NCBI RefSeq assembly: GCF_001457595.1
Contig: NZ_LN831039.1
Coordinates: 4,140,001-4,172,000, forward strand
Source of the DNA: Mycolicibacterium smegmatis
Lineage (GTDB): Bacteria; Actinomycetota; Actinomycetes; Mycobacteriales; Mycobacteriaceae
Reading direction: 5' to 3'
Length of the DNA stretch: 32,000 nucleotides
Shown here one piece after another: positions 9,831-18,463 of the stretch (positions within the stretch are counted from its first letter, which is position 1; every line of letters begins with the position of its first letter). The notes under the pieces are model-generated. The model saw nothing but the letters and a program-made list of their open reading frames with translations, had not been told where the DNA came from and searched no databases. The position numbers and the translations under genes are program-made.

Positions 9831-9990
9831 TCAGAGTGTCAGGACGAGTTTGCCCCGGGAGGTGCCCGACTTCCATGAGTCGATGCGCATCCGAAACACG
9901 TTCGAACAGAGAGGTTTCCTGCACATGGAAGTCCTCGCTGCGCTGGACCGCGACCAGCCTCGCCCCGTGGACGTCATCCGACTACTCACC
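9831..9990 (-). pseudogene. Remnant of the C-terminus of a zinc-type alcohol dehydrogenase/quinone oxidoreductase, frameshifted
   Basis: On the - strand, ...SLFERVSDAHRLMEVGHL then a +1 base in ctccc/gggg. Shifting frame restores GKLVLTL-stop, the usual ADH ending. An in-frame TAG lies just upstream and no N-terminal part is visible. Confidence 0.7.
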
Positions 9991-9992
9991 GG

Positions 9993-10889
9993 TCAGTTTT
10001 GGTGTCGCTGCCGATACGCCGACGGGGATTGGCCGTGAACCTTCGCGAATTGACGTGAGAAGTACAGCGGATCGTTGAAGCCCGCGGCGCGAGCGACCGC
10101 CGCGATGGTGAGAGTGGTGGTGTCGAGGAGTTCGCGAGCGCGCGACATGCGCAGCTGCTGTTGAAACTCCAAGGGTCCGATACCTGTCCGCTGGCGAAAC
10201 AACGCGTTGAGGTGTGAGGTACTGAGGCCGACGATGGCCGCCAACGCCGCGACATCGGTGCGTCGCGGACTTGTTGAGCGCAGATGCTCCAAGGCCCTGT
10301 CCACAGGGTCTGCCTCACCTGTTGAACGCTGGCGGCCGGTGGCGGCGATGACGGTCAAGGCGTGCCAGGCGGCGCCGGCTGCGCCGATGAGACCGGCGGT
10401 GGTGCTGGCGTCCGCGAGCATGTCGATCACCTGCGAGATCAGGCTCGTCGCCGGTGCCGGATCGACGAGGTGAACCACCGGGCTGACTGGTGACACCCTG
10501 GCCGCGGCGATCAATTCTGCACTGTCGGAGCCCGTGACGTGCATCCACCACAAGGTCCACGGGTCTGACTCGGCTGCGCCGTACATGTGCGCCCGCCCTT
10601 TCGGTAGCAGTACCGCGTCGCCTACGCCGACGTCGAACGCCCCCTCCTCGGTGCGGCACCACCCGGCACCGGCTGTACACACCATGACCACGTGCTCGGT
10701 GGCCCCGCGAGACCGGGATCGCCCGTGACGGGTGGCCCGCGGAAAGAACCCGGCGTCGGTGACGAGCAGCCTGCGGGTGACCGGCGCACCCAGCGCGTGG
10801 TCCACGACCGGACGCGGTACCGCGAGCATCCGCTGCCCGACGAAGCCGTCAGCGATCCATGCTGCCGTTGATTCGTCCATAGAGCTCAT
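9993..10889 (-). CDS. AraC-family transcriptional regulator (N-terminal cupin/AraC-ligand-binding-like, C-terminal double HTH)
   Basis: RRTDVAALAAIVGLSTSHLNALFRQRTGIGPLEFQQQLRMSRARELLDTTTLTIAAVARAAGFNDPLYFSRQFAKVHGQSPSAYR. Confidence 0.95.
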   Translation of the reverse strand: MSSMDESTAAWIADGFVGQRMLAVPRPVVDHALGAPVTRRLLVTDAGFFPRATRHGRSRSRGATEHVVMVCTAGAGWCRTEEGAFDVGVGDAVLLPKGRAHMYGAAESDPWTLWWMHVTGSDSAELIAAARVSPVSPVVHLVDPAPATSLISQVIDMLADASTTAGLIGAAGAAWHALTVIAATGRQRSTGEADPVDRALEHLRSTSPRRTDVAALAAIVGLSTSHLNALFRQRTGIGPLEFQQQLRMSRARELLDTTTLTIAAVARAAGFNDPLYFSRQFAKVHGQSPSAYRQRHQN

Positions 10890-10897
10890 AGCTATGA
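10886..10897. promoter_or_regulatory. 12-bp perfect palindrome TCATAGCTATGA at the AraC gene start
   Basis: Self-complementary, overlaps the araC-type gene start codon (10887-10889), and is flanked by AGAGC (10881-10885) and GCTCT (10902-10906). Confidence 0.35.
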
Positions 10898-11027
10898 CTA
10901 TGCTCTACAGCACAAATGAGGGATACCTTTCGACTCGTGTTCATCGAAAACGTGCTATCCGCTCCTGAGCGGCTCACGTGGTCGGCAAACTCTTCGAGAT
11001 GTTTTGCCGGTGACCCGCATTCGTAAC

Positions 11028-11045
11028 CGATGCCCGCGGGCATCG
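11028..11045. promoter_or_regulatory. 18-bp perfect palindrome CGATGCCCGCGGGCATCG upstream of the ABC operon (candidate operator)
   Basis: Self-complementary over 18 bp, located in the divergent intergenic region. Confidence 0.45.
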
Positions 11046-11117
11046 TTGATTTCTGTTGTTACGCAGAGGGTTTTGCGGATGTCGGGAGGAAGCCGACACA
11101 GGAGAATCGAGGTTGAC

Positions 11118-12107
11118 ATGCCGAGATCGCTGCGGCGGAGGGCGGTCCGGTTTGCGACGCTGATGCTGGTCGCGGCACTGGCCGTATCCGGTTGCTCACG
11201 CATCGGCGAGAACGGTCGCATCGCAGTGGTGTACCTGAACGCCGAGGGTTTCTATGCGGGGGTCAAGGTCGGGGTGAAGAAGGCCTTCGCCGACGCCGGC
11301 GACGCTCCCCAGCTGATCGAGACCAACGCGCGGTCCGATCCATCGCAGGAGAGCGCCTTCATCGATACGGTGAGCTCGGTGCAGGTCGACGCGCTGATCT
11401 TGTCGCCGACATCTGCCGACGCCTCGGTGCCGGCTGTCCGGCTTGCCCATGACAGTGGGATCCCGGTGATCTGCTACAACACGTGCGTCACCGAGTCTGA
11501 TGCCCGCAAGTACGTCGACTCCTGGATTCTCGGCTCCCCGCAGGAGTTCGGGCGTATCGGTGGTGAGCAGATGGGCAACTACTTCATCGAGAACGGCATC
11601 ACCCACCCCAAGGTTGCAGTGATCAACTGCGAGCAGTTCGAGGTGTGCATTCAGCGTCGACAGGGATTCGAGCAAGCTCTGACGAGTTTGGTGCCCGCCG
11701 CCGAGATCGTCGCCAATCAGCAGGGGTTGCTCGTGGACGAGGCCGTCGAGGCCTCCGAGCGGATCCTCACAGCCCACCCCGACCTGGACGCGTTCTACGG
11801 TGAAGCCGGATCCATGACGGTGGGTGCGGTACGTGCCGTGCAGGCCAGAAGGCTCACCGGCCGGGTCGTGGTCTTCGGCGGCGACATGTCCACGCAGATC
11901 GCTCAGATGCTGCAGGAGGGGTCGGTTCTCCGAGGCGTCGCCGACATCTCCGGCATCACCGTCGGTGAAATGGCAGCCGACGCGGCGCTGCGCCTCCTCA
12001 GAGGGCAGCGGTCTGAGAACCTCATCGTCGACGCTCCCGTCGATGCGTACGAGGGACCTGATGCGGGCACCCGTTGGCTGCGGGAACATCCCGACGGAAT
12101 CCCATGA
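11118..12107 (+). CDS. Sugar ABC transporter substrate-binding lipoprotein (RbsB-like)
   Basis: MPRSLRRRAVRFATLMLVAALAVSGC lipobox; VDALILSPTSADASVPAVRLAHDSGIPVICYNT is typical of periplasmic sugar-binding folds. Confidence 0.88.
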   Translation: MPRSLRRRAVRFATLMLVAALAVSGCSRIGENGRIAVVYLNAEGFYAGVKVGVKKAFADAGDAPQLIETNARSDPSQESAFIDTVSSVQVDALILSPTSADASVPAVRLAHDSGIPVICYNTCVTESDARKYVDSWILGSPQEFGRIGGEQMGNYFIENGITHPKVAVINCEQFEVCIQRRQGFEQALTSLVPAAEIVANQQGLLVDEAVEASERILTAHPDLDAFYGEAGSMTVGAVRAVQARRLTGRVVVFGGDMSTQIAQMLQEGSVLRGVADISGITVGEMAADAALRLLRGQRSENLIVDAPVDAYEGPDAGTRWLREHPDGIP

Positions 12108-12167
12108 CCTGGCCCGGATCCACTCCTGTGCAGCCAGATTCACCCTCGACCGATGAAAGGGCATCGA

Positions 12168-13679
12168 ATGTCCGCGAGCCGTTCTCTGGCAGCACCGCTG
12201 TTGAAAGTCGATGCCGTGACCAAGCGGTACATCGGCGTCACCGCCCTCACTGACGCCAGCCTTGCGGTGGGCGCCGGAGAGGTGCGTGCGCTCCTGGGCC
12301 GCAACGGTGCCGGGAAATCCACCCTTATCCGAATCCTGTCCGGCGTCGAGCAGGCCGACACGGGGACAGTGTCCATCGACGGCACGATTCTCGACGGTGG
12401 CGGGGTACGTCGTGCGAATGAACTGGGAGTTCAGACCGTACATCAGGAACTCAGCCTGGTGCCGGACATGACGGTCGCCGAGAACATGTTCGTCGGTGCG
12501 TGGCCGCGCAGCGGGGGCAAGATCGACTACGACGCGATGCGAGCCGAAGCATCCACGGTCATCGACCGCCTCGGTCTGGATATCGACCCTGATTCCCCCG
12601 TTGCGGCGTTGTCGCTGGCGACCCGCCAACTCGTCGAGATCTGCCGCGCGGTCCGCCGGCAACCGCGCGTGTTGATCCTCGACGAACCCACCAGCGCGCT
12701 GGCCGCGACGGAGGTGTCCATCGTGCTCGACACCGTGACCCGCATCGCCCAGACCGGTGTCGCCGTGATCTACGTCAGTCATCGCCTCGATGAAATACGC
12801 CGCATCGCCTCCAGCGCAACAATCCTGCGGGACGGTCGAGTCGTCGACACCGTCGAGATGGACACCACGGGTACCGATGCGATGATCGCCATGATGGTAG
12901 GCCCTGACCACCAAGCCCAGGAGCGGCCACCGCTGCGGGCCGTCGACCGCACCCGCACGCCGCTGCTGTCGGTACGCGACCTGCGCTTACCACCCAAGAT
13001 CGAGAAGGTCTCCTTCGATCTGTTCGCCGGTGAAGTGCTCGGCATTGCCGGTCTCATGGGATCGGGGCGTACCGAGGTACTCCGCGCCGTCGCCGGCTTC
13101 GACACCCCGGTGTCCGGCGAGATGACGCTCGATGGAAAGCCGATGCCGTGGAACGCACCTGCGGTGATGAAACGCAATGGCGTCGGGCTCACGCCCGAGG
13201 ACCGCAAGCACGACGCGATCGTGCCGTTGCTCGGTGTCGACGAGAACATGGTGCTGTCGGACTACACCAGGGTTCGCCACCACGGACCAATCTCGTTGCG
13301 TCGTATGCGCACAGCCGCCCAGTCGTTGATCGATCGGCTGCGCATCGAGACCGCCTCGCCGGTGACACCGATCGTCAACCTGTCCGGAGGCAACCAACAG
13401 AAGGCGATCATCGGACGCTGGCTACACGCCGACGCCTCGATCCTGCTGCTGGACGAACCCACCCGCGGGGTGGATGTGGCGGCGAAAGCCGGCATCTACG
13501 ACCTGGTGCGCGCGTTGGCGGATGCGGGCAAGGCAGTCATCTTCGTGTCCGGTGAGCTGGAGGAGCTACCGCTGGTGTGCGACCGAGTCATCACTGTCCA
13601 GGGCGGTCGGGTGACCGCCGAGTTCATCGGCGTCGACGTCACCGTCGACGCCGTCCTGTCCGCCGCGATGGCGGCGTGA
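12168..13679 (+). CDS. Sugar ABC transporter ATP-binding protein, tandem ATPase (RbsA/XylG-like)
   Basis: Two ATPase domains: GRNGAGKSTLIRILSG, LILDEPTSAL; GLMGSGRTEVLRAVAG, NLSGGNQQKAIIGRWLHADASILLLDEPTRGVDVAAK. Confidence 0.95.
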   Translation: MSASRSLAAPLLKVDAVTKRYIGVTALTDASLAVGAGEVRALLGRNGAGKSTLIRILSGVEQADTGTVSIDGTILDGGGVRRANELGVQTVHQELSLVPDMTVAENMFVGAWPRSGGKIDYDAMRAEASTVIDRLGLDIDPDSPVAALSLATRQLVEICRAVRRQPRVLILDEPTSALAATEVSIVLDTVTRIAQTGVAVIYVSHRLDEIRRIASSATILRDGRVVDTVEMDTTGTDAMIAMMVGPDHQAQERPPLRAVDRTRTPLLSVRDLRLPPKIEKVSFDLFAGEVLGIAGLMGSGRTEVLRAVAGFDTPVSGEMTLDGKPMPWNAPAVMKRNGVGLTPEDRKHDAIVPLLGVDENMVLSDYTRVRHHGPISLRRMRTAAQSLIDRLRIETASPVTPIVNLSGGNQQKAIIGRWLHADASILLLDEPTRGVDVAAKAGIYDLVRALADAGKAVIFVSGELEELPLVCDRVITVQGGRVTAEFIGVDVTVDAVLSAAMAA

Positions 13680-13701
13680 AACCCACAGGGAGACAGACGA
13701 T

Positions 13702-14706
13702 ATGAGCACATTACGGTCAGACGCCCACCCTGACGCCACACCGCGGGCCGCATCGCCGAGGTCGTACCGACTCAATGAGATCGGACTTCTGGTCGCGATC
13801 GTCGCGTTGTACATCGCGCTGAGCGCCTCAGCAGCCGGCTTCCTGACTGCCGGCAACCAGTTGGGCATCCTGCGCGACGCGGCAACGATCGGTATCGCCG
13901 CGTGGGGTGTCACGCTCGTGATCATCGCCGGGGACATCGACATCAGTATCGGTCCCGCAGTGGCGTTCTCATCGGTACTGGTCGCCAAGGGAAGTGCCCA
14001 ATGGGGACTCGGTATCGGCGGGGCCATCGTGTTGACCTTGGTCCTCGGCACGCTATGGGGTGCGGTGGCCGGTTATCTACGCGCCCGGTTCAATGTCCCC
14101 TCGTTCATCACCACGCTCGGCTTGTGGAGCATCCTCGGTGGCCTTGCCCTGTACATGACTGACGCGTTGCCGGTGGTGCTCCCGGCCAGCAGCATGATGG
14201 AGGTTCTCGGCGGCGACATTCTGGGTGTGCCCACGTCAGCGATCATCATGCTCGTCCTCTTCGCGGTTTTCGCATACGTTGCGAAGTTCACGGCCTACGG
14301 CCGATCGGTTTATGCCATCGGCGGCAACGCCGCGGCGGCGATGCTTGCAGGCATCAACCTCACCCGCACCCGCGTGATCCTGTTCGCCACCACCGGACTG
14401 CTCTCGGCAGTCACCGGCATCCTGGTTGCGGCGCGTCTCGGATCCGGCAACGGCGGCGCCGCGGGCGGACTCGAGTTCGATGTGATCGCGGCCGTGGTCA
14501 TCGGCGGCACCTTGCTCGCCGGCGGCCGGGGCAGCCTGGTCGGCACCCTTCTCGGGGTCGTGTTCATCACGGTCATCGCCAACGGACTGGTGTTACTCGG
14601 CATCGACTCCTTCCTGCAGGAGGTTGTGCGCGGCGTCATCATCGTCGGCGCAGTGCTGATCAACGTGATCATCGGTCGACGCCGGAATGCCACTCGCACC
14701 ACCTGA
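13702..14706 (+). CDS. Sugar ABC transporter permease (RbsC-like)
   Basis: AGDIDISIGPAVAFSSVLVAK, PSFITTLGLWSILGGLAL, YAIGGNAAAAMLAGINLTRTRVILFATTGLLSAVTGILVAARLGSGNG. Confidence 0.95.
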   Translation: MSTLRSDAHPDATPRAASPRSYRLNEIGLLVAIVALYIALSASAAGFLTAGNQLGILRDAATIGIAAWGVTLVIIAGDIDISIGPAVAFSSVLVAKGSAQWGLGIGGAIVLTLVLGTLWGAVAGYLRARFNVPSFITTLGLWSILGGLALYMTDALPVVLPASSMMEVLGGDILGVPTSAIIMLVLFAVFAYVAKFTAYGRSVYAIGGNAAAAMLAGINLTRTRVILFATTGLLSAVTGILVAARLGSGNGGAAGGLEFDVIAAVVIGGTLLAGGRGSLVGTLLGVVFITVIANGLVLLGIDSFLQEVVRGVIIVGAVLINVIIGRRRNATRTT

Positions 14707-14750
14707 TTCCCCCGACTGACGTGACCACCGACCCGCAGACAGGAAATACC

Positions 14751-15833
14751 ATGAATCACACCACCATTCCCTCCACGATGGACGGTGTATACCTGCCCGG
14801 TGACTCCACCGCAGTACTGAAGCAATTCGACGTCCGCCCACCCGGGCCAGGGCAAGTGCTCCTCGAGATGGGCGCATCCGGCATCTGTGGCAGCGACATC
14901 GGATACATCTACCGCGGGTACAAGGGTTACCGCGGGATCGACGGACCCGCCTACCGAGGTGTGGTCGCAGGCCACGAGCCTGCCGGGCGCATTGTCGCCA
15001 CAGGAGAAGGAGTCACACGCTTCGGCGTGGGCGATCGGGTGCTGCTGTACCACATCGTGGGCTGCGGGCTGTGCGACAACTGCCGCCGCGGCTTCTACAT
15101 CAGCTGCAGTGGAGACCGGGCATCCTACGGGTGGCAGCGCGACGGCGGCCACGCCCGCTATGTGCTGGCCGAGGAACGTACCTGCATCCCCCTGCCCGAC
15201 GAATTGTCGTTCGTCGACGGCGCCCTGATCGCATGCGGGTTCGCCACCGCCTACGAAGGGCTGCGCCGCGCCGGCGTCAGCGGCGACCACGATCTGTTGG
15301 TGGTCGGTCTCGGCCCCGTCGGCCTGGCGGCCGGAATGATCGGCCGGGGCATGGGCGCTGCGACGGTGATCGGCGTCGAGCCCTCCACCACACGCCGCGA
15401 ATGGGCTGACAGCCTGGGAATTTTCGACGCCACCATCCCCGCGGGCCCCGACGCTCTGGACACGATCACAGAACTGACCCGCGGCGCCGGCGCCAGTGTC
15501 ACCATCGACTGCTCGGGAAGCCGCGCGGGGCGTTCGCTGGCACTGGAAGCCGCTGCCGAATGGGGCAACATCTCTCTGGTCGGCGAGGGCAACGATCTTC
15601 ATACGGAAGTGTCGGACACCCTGCTGCACAAGCAGTTGACCATTCACGCCTCCTGGGTCACCTCTCTGCCCACCATGAGTGAGCTGGCCACCAATCTCGT
15701 GCGGTGGAACCTGAAGCCGGAAACCGTCGTCAGCGATATCTTCCCGCTGTCGCAGGCCGCACGCGCCTACGAGTTGGCGGCAGGCACCAGCCGCGGCAAG
15801 GTGTGCCTGGTCCCGGATGGGAACGCCGCGTGA
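14751..15833 (+). CDS. Zinc-dependent alcohol dehydrogenase (sorbitol/threonine dehydrogenase-like)
   Basis: GICGSDIGYIY, GHEPAGRIVATGEGV, GCGLCDNCRRGFYISC (structural Zn), VVGLGPVGLAAGMIGRGMGA. RBS-like AGGAAA precedes ATG 14751. Confidence 0.9.
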   Translation: MNHTTIPSTMDGVYLPGDSTAVLKQFDVRPPGPGQVLLEMGASGICGSDIGYIYRGYKGYRGIDGPAYRGVVAGHEPAGRIVATGEGVTRFGVGDRVLLYHIVGCGLCDNCRRGFYISCSGDRASYGWQRDGGHARYVLAEERTCIPLPDELSFVDGALIACGFATAYEGLRRAGVSGDHDLLVVGLGPVGLAAGMIGRGMGAATVIGVEPSTTRREWADSLGIFDATIPAGPDALDTITELTRGAGASVTIDCSGSRAGRSLALEAAAEWGNISLVGEGNDLHTEVSDTLLHKQLTIHASWVTSLPTMSELATNLVRWNLKPETVVSDIFPLSQAARAYELAAGTSRGKVCLVPDGNAA

Positions 15834-16783
15834 CGGTCTCCATCCCGCAGTCGTGGGTGACCCACGGCCATCACGATGTGTACTGGATCCGAACCGGCTC
15901 CCTCACTTTGGGTGTGGTGCCGGCGCTCGGCGGGCGGCTGCTCAGCCTGCGACTCGGTGAGCGAGAACTGCTGTGGCGCAACCCCGCACTGCTGGGCGAA
16001 GATCTGCAGCCAGTGGGCGGACACATTCCGGCACCGGTCAGCGGGCGCCTGGGCGACTGGTGCAATTACGGCGGGGACAAGACCTGGCCTGCCCCGCAGG
16101 GCTGGTCGTCACCGCAACAGTGGGCGGGGCCACCCGATCCCGTCCTCGACTCCGGCCACTACGCAGTCGATGTCTGCAGATGGGAGGCCACAACCGAACT
16201 CGCAGTCACCAGTCCGCCCGATCCGCGTACGGGATTACAGATAACCCGGACATTCACCGTCAACACCGACAGTGAATTCGTCATCCACCTGTCCGCGACC
16301 AATGTCACCGATCACGAGGTGACCTGGGCGCTGTGGAATGTGACCCAGCTGCCCGGCGGCGGAACCGTCGAAGTCGATGTGGAACATCGATTCACAGAAC
16401 CCATCGAGATCCTGGCCGGCACCGGTGTGCCGACCTGGCGCCGCAGCGGTCCGGACACCATCACCATCGACCCACAAGATGTCGTCGGCAAGCTGGGGTT
16501 CCCCTACGCCACCGGCAGGCTGCGATATCTACACCAAAATGTCACGCTCGCATGGGATTTCCCTGTCGATGAAGATGCGCCCTACCCGGATGAGGGTGCC
16601 CGGGCCGAGCTGTGGATGGAGCATCCGCAACCGGCGCCGCTGGCCAGTCTCGACGGGCTCGATCCCCCCGACCGCATCGTCGAGTGTGAAGTTCTTTCCG
16701 CGTCGCACACCTTGGCTCCGGGCAGTTCGATGACTTTTCCCGTGAAGCTCAGCGTCCACACCTCCCCTGGCGGTGGGCGGTGA
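15830..16783 (+). CDS. Aldose-1-epimerase-like / galactose-mutarotase-fold protein (DUF4380-like)
   Basis: TLGVVPALGGRLLSLRLGERELLWRNP, ITRTFTVNTDSEFVIHLSATNVTDHEVTWALWNVTQLPGGG; GTG start overlaps the upstream stop. Confidence 0.65.
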   Translation: MTVSIPQSWVTHGHHDVYWIRTGSLTLGVVPALGGRLLSLRLGERELLWRNPALLGEDLQPVGGHIPAPVSGRLGDWCNYGGDKTWPAPQGWSSPQQWAGPPDPVLDSGHYAVDVCRWEATTELAVTSPPDPRTGLQITRTFTVNTDSEFVIHLSATNVTDHEVTWALWNVTQLPGGGTVEVDVEHRFTEPIEILAGTGVPTWRRSGPDTITIDPQDVVGKLGFPYATGRLRYLHQNVTLAWDFPVDEDAPYPDEGARAELWMEHPQPAPLASLDGLDPPDRIVECEVLSASHTLAPGSSMTFPVKLSVHTSPGGGR

Positions 16784-17529
16784 TGACACAAGGGCGTGCA
16801 CGGGTCGCGGTGGTCACCGGCGCCGCTCGCGGCATCGGGGAGGCCACTGCACGACAGCTCCACGCCGACGGATTTGCGGTGGCTCTGATGGACCTCGCGC
16901 CCGAGGTCGGCGACCTGGCCCGCGAACTGTCAGGCGGTACAGGGAATGCGATCGGTATCCGCGGTGACGTCGCCGACCCGCGAGCATGGGCCGATGCCGC
17001 ATCGGCGGCGCGGACCTTGGGGAGTGTCAGCGTGCTCGTCTCCAACGCGATGACCGTCGACATCGCCTCCCTCGACGAGACATCCACGGCCAGCTGGCAC
17101 CGCCAGCTCGACGTGATGCTCACCGGCACATTCCACGGCGTCAAGACGTTCCTGCCCGACCTGCGCGCCGCACGCGGCTCGATCGTGCTGGTGTCTTCGG
17201 TGCACGCCATGTTCGGCCTGCCCGGCCGACCGGCATACGCTGCCGCCAAGGCTGGCCTCACCGGTCTCGGCCGTCAACTCGCCGCCGAGTACGGCCCGCA
17301 ACTGCGGGTCAACACAGTGTTGCCTGGCCCCATCTTGACCGCATCGTGGGACGGTATCGGAGAGCAGGACCGGCGCACCAGCGCGGCGGCCACGGCGCTG
17401 GGCCGGCTCGGCACTCCCCGGGAAGTCGCCTCCGTGATCTCATTCCTGGCGTCCGAGGCAAGCTCGTACATCACGGGTGCCAGCATTCCGGTGGACGGAG
17501 GCTGGAGCGTCACAAAGGATTCCTCATGA
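16780..17529 (+). CDS. SDR family oxidoreductase
   Basis: VAVVTGAARGIGEATARQL, VLVSNAMTVDIASLDE, YAAAKAGLTGLGRQLAAEYGP, SEASSYITGASIPVDGG. Confidence 0.92.
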   Translation: MMTQGRARVAVVTGAARGIGEATARQLHADGFAVALMDLAPEVGDLARELSGGTGNAIGIRGDVADPRAWADAASAARTLGSVSVLVSNAMTVDIASLDETSTASWHRQLDVMLTGTFHGVKTFLPDLRAARGSIVLVSSVHAMFGLPGRPAYAAAKAGLTGLGRQLAAEYGPQLRVNTVLPGPILTASWDGIGEQDRRTSAAATALGRLGTPREVASVISFLASEASSYITGASIPVDGGWSVTKDSS

Positions 17530-18401
17530 CACCTGCACTGACATCCGCATGGCAACCGATCGGTCCGGCCTTGGAACTGGGCGAAGGGGCACGCCTCGTC
17601 GATGGCCAGCTGCTGCACGTCGACCTGCTGAAAGGACGTCTGTTCAGCAGGGATGTGTGCACCGGTGACGTACACCGGCTCGCCGCATTGGATATTCCGC
17701 TGGGCGCCGTCGCTCCGGTGGACGGGCGCGCAGGTGAGTTCATCGCGACGCTGGGTACCGGAATCGGTTTCCTGGCAAAGGGATCCGTCATGCGCGAAGG
17801 GCCGAGTTTCGGTGTTGACGCCACTCGTGTACGAGTGAACGACGGTGCGTGTGATCCCGGTGGAAGATTCTGGGCAGGCGTGATGGCCTACGAACCCTCA
17901 CCCGAGGCCGGCGCGCTGTTCCGCATCGACCGCGACGGCACGATCACCCGTGTCGTCGACGGATTGGCCGTGCCCAATGGCCCAGCTTTCAGTGCATCGG
18001 GAACGGTCATGTATCTGGCCGACAGCGCCGCGGGGCAAATCTACCGGTTCGATGTCGACGAGGCTGGGCACCTCACCGGGCGTGAGGTTTTCGCCACGGT
18101 GGACGGATCACCCGACGGAATGACCGTCGATGCCGAGTCACATCTCTGGACCGCGATCTGGGGAGCAGGTGAAGTGCACCGCTACGCACCCACCGGCGAC
18201 CTCGTGGAGGTCATCCCGGTTCCCGCGCAGCAGCCGACGAGCGTCGCGATCGGCGAGGGGAAGGTGTTTGTCACCTCTGCGACCCACGGGCTGAACCAAC
18301 CGGGGCCCGACGACGGACGGACATTCGCCGCCGACTGTGCCGTTGAGGGTCTGCCCACCTCCGCTTTCAAGCCTGTGACCGGCGGATCGTCCCACGGATG
18401 A
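17526..18401 (+). CDS. SMP-30/gluconolactonase/LRE family protein
   Basis: RVRVNDGACDPGGRFWAGVMAYEPSPEAGALFRIDRDG, VPNGPAFSASGTVMYLADSAAGQIYRFD, DGMTVDAESHLWTAIWGAGEVHRY. Confidence 0.93.
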   Translation: MTPALTSAWQPIGPALELGEGARLVDGQLLHVDLLKGRLFSRDVCTGDVHRLAALDIPLGAVAPVDGRAGEFIATLGTGIGFLAKGSVMREGPSFGVDATRVRVNDGACDPGGRFWAGVMAYEPSPEAGALFRIDRDGTITRVVDGLAVPNGPAFSASGTVMYLADSAAGQIYRFDVDEAGHLTGREVFATVDGSPDGMTVDAESHLWTAIWGAGEVHRYAPTGDLVEVIPVPAQQPTSVAIGEGKVFVTSATHGLNQPGPDDGRTFAADCAVEGLPTSAFKPVTGGSSHG

Positions 18402-18403
18402 TG

Positions 18404-18424
18404 AGGCGCCGAACGAGTGCGCCT
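18404..18424. terminator. Candidate hairpin AGGCGC-N9-GCGCCT between convergent genes
   Basis: 6-bp perfect arms, 9-nt loop, immediately after the lactonase stop. There is no T tract, so this is weak. Confidence 0.25.
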
Positions 18425-18463
18425 GCGGGGCCGAGATCCGTTGTCGACCAGTCATTCCAGGCG

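Noticed and set aside
11196-12914. 572-aa - strand ORF
   Set aside because: Antisense to the SBP and ABC ATPase genes, which have clear homologous motifs. Composition is typical of a high-GC shadow ORF.
14310-15647. 445-aa - strand ORF
   Set aside because: Antisense to the permease and Zn-ADH genes; no recognisable domain.
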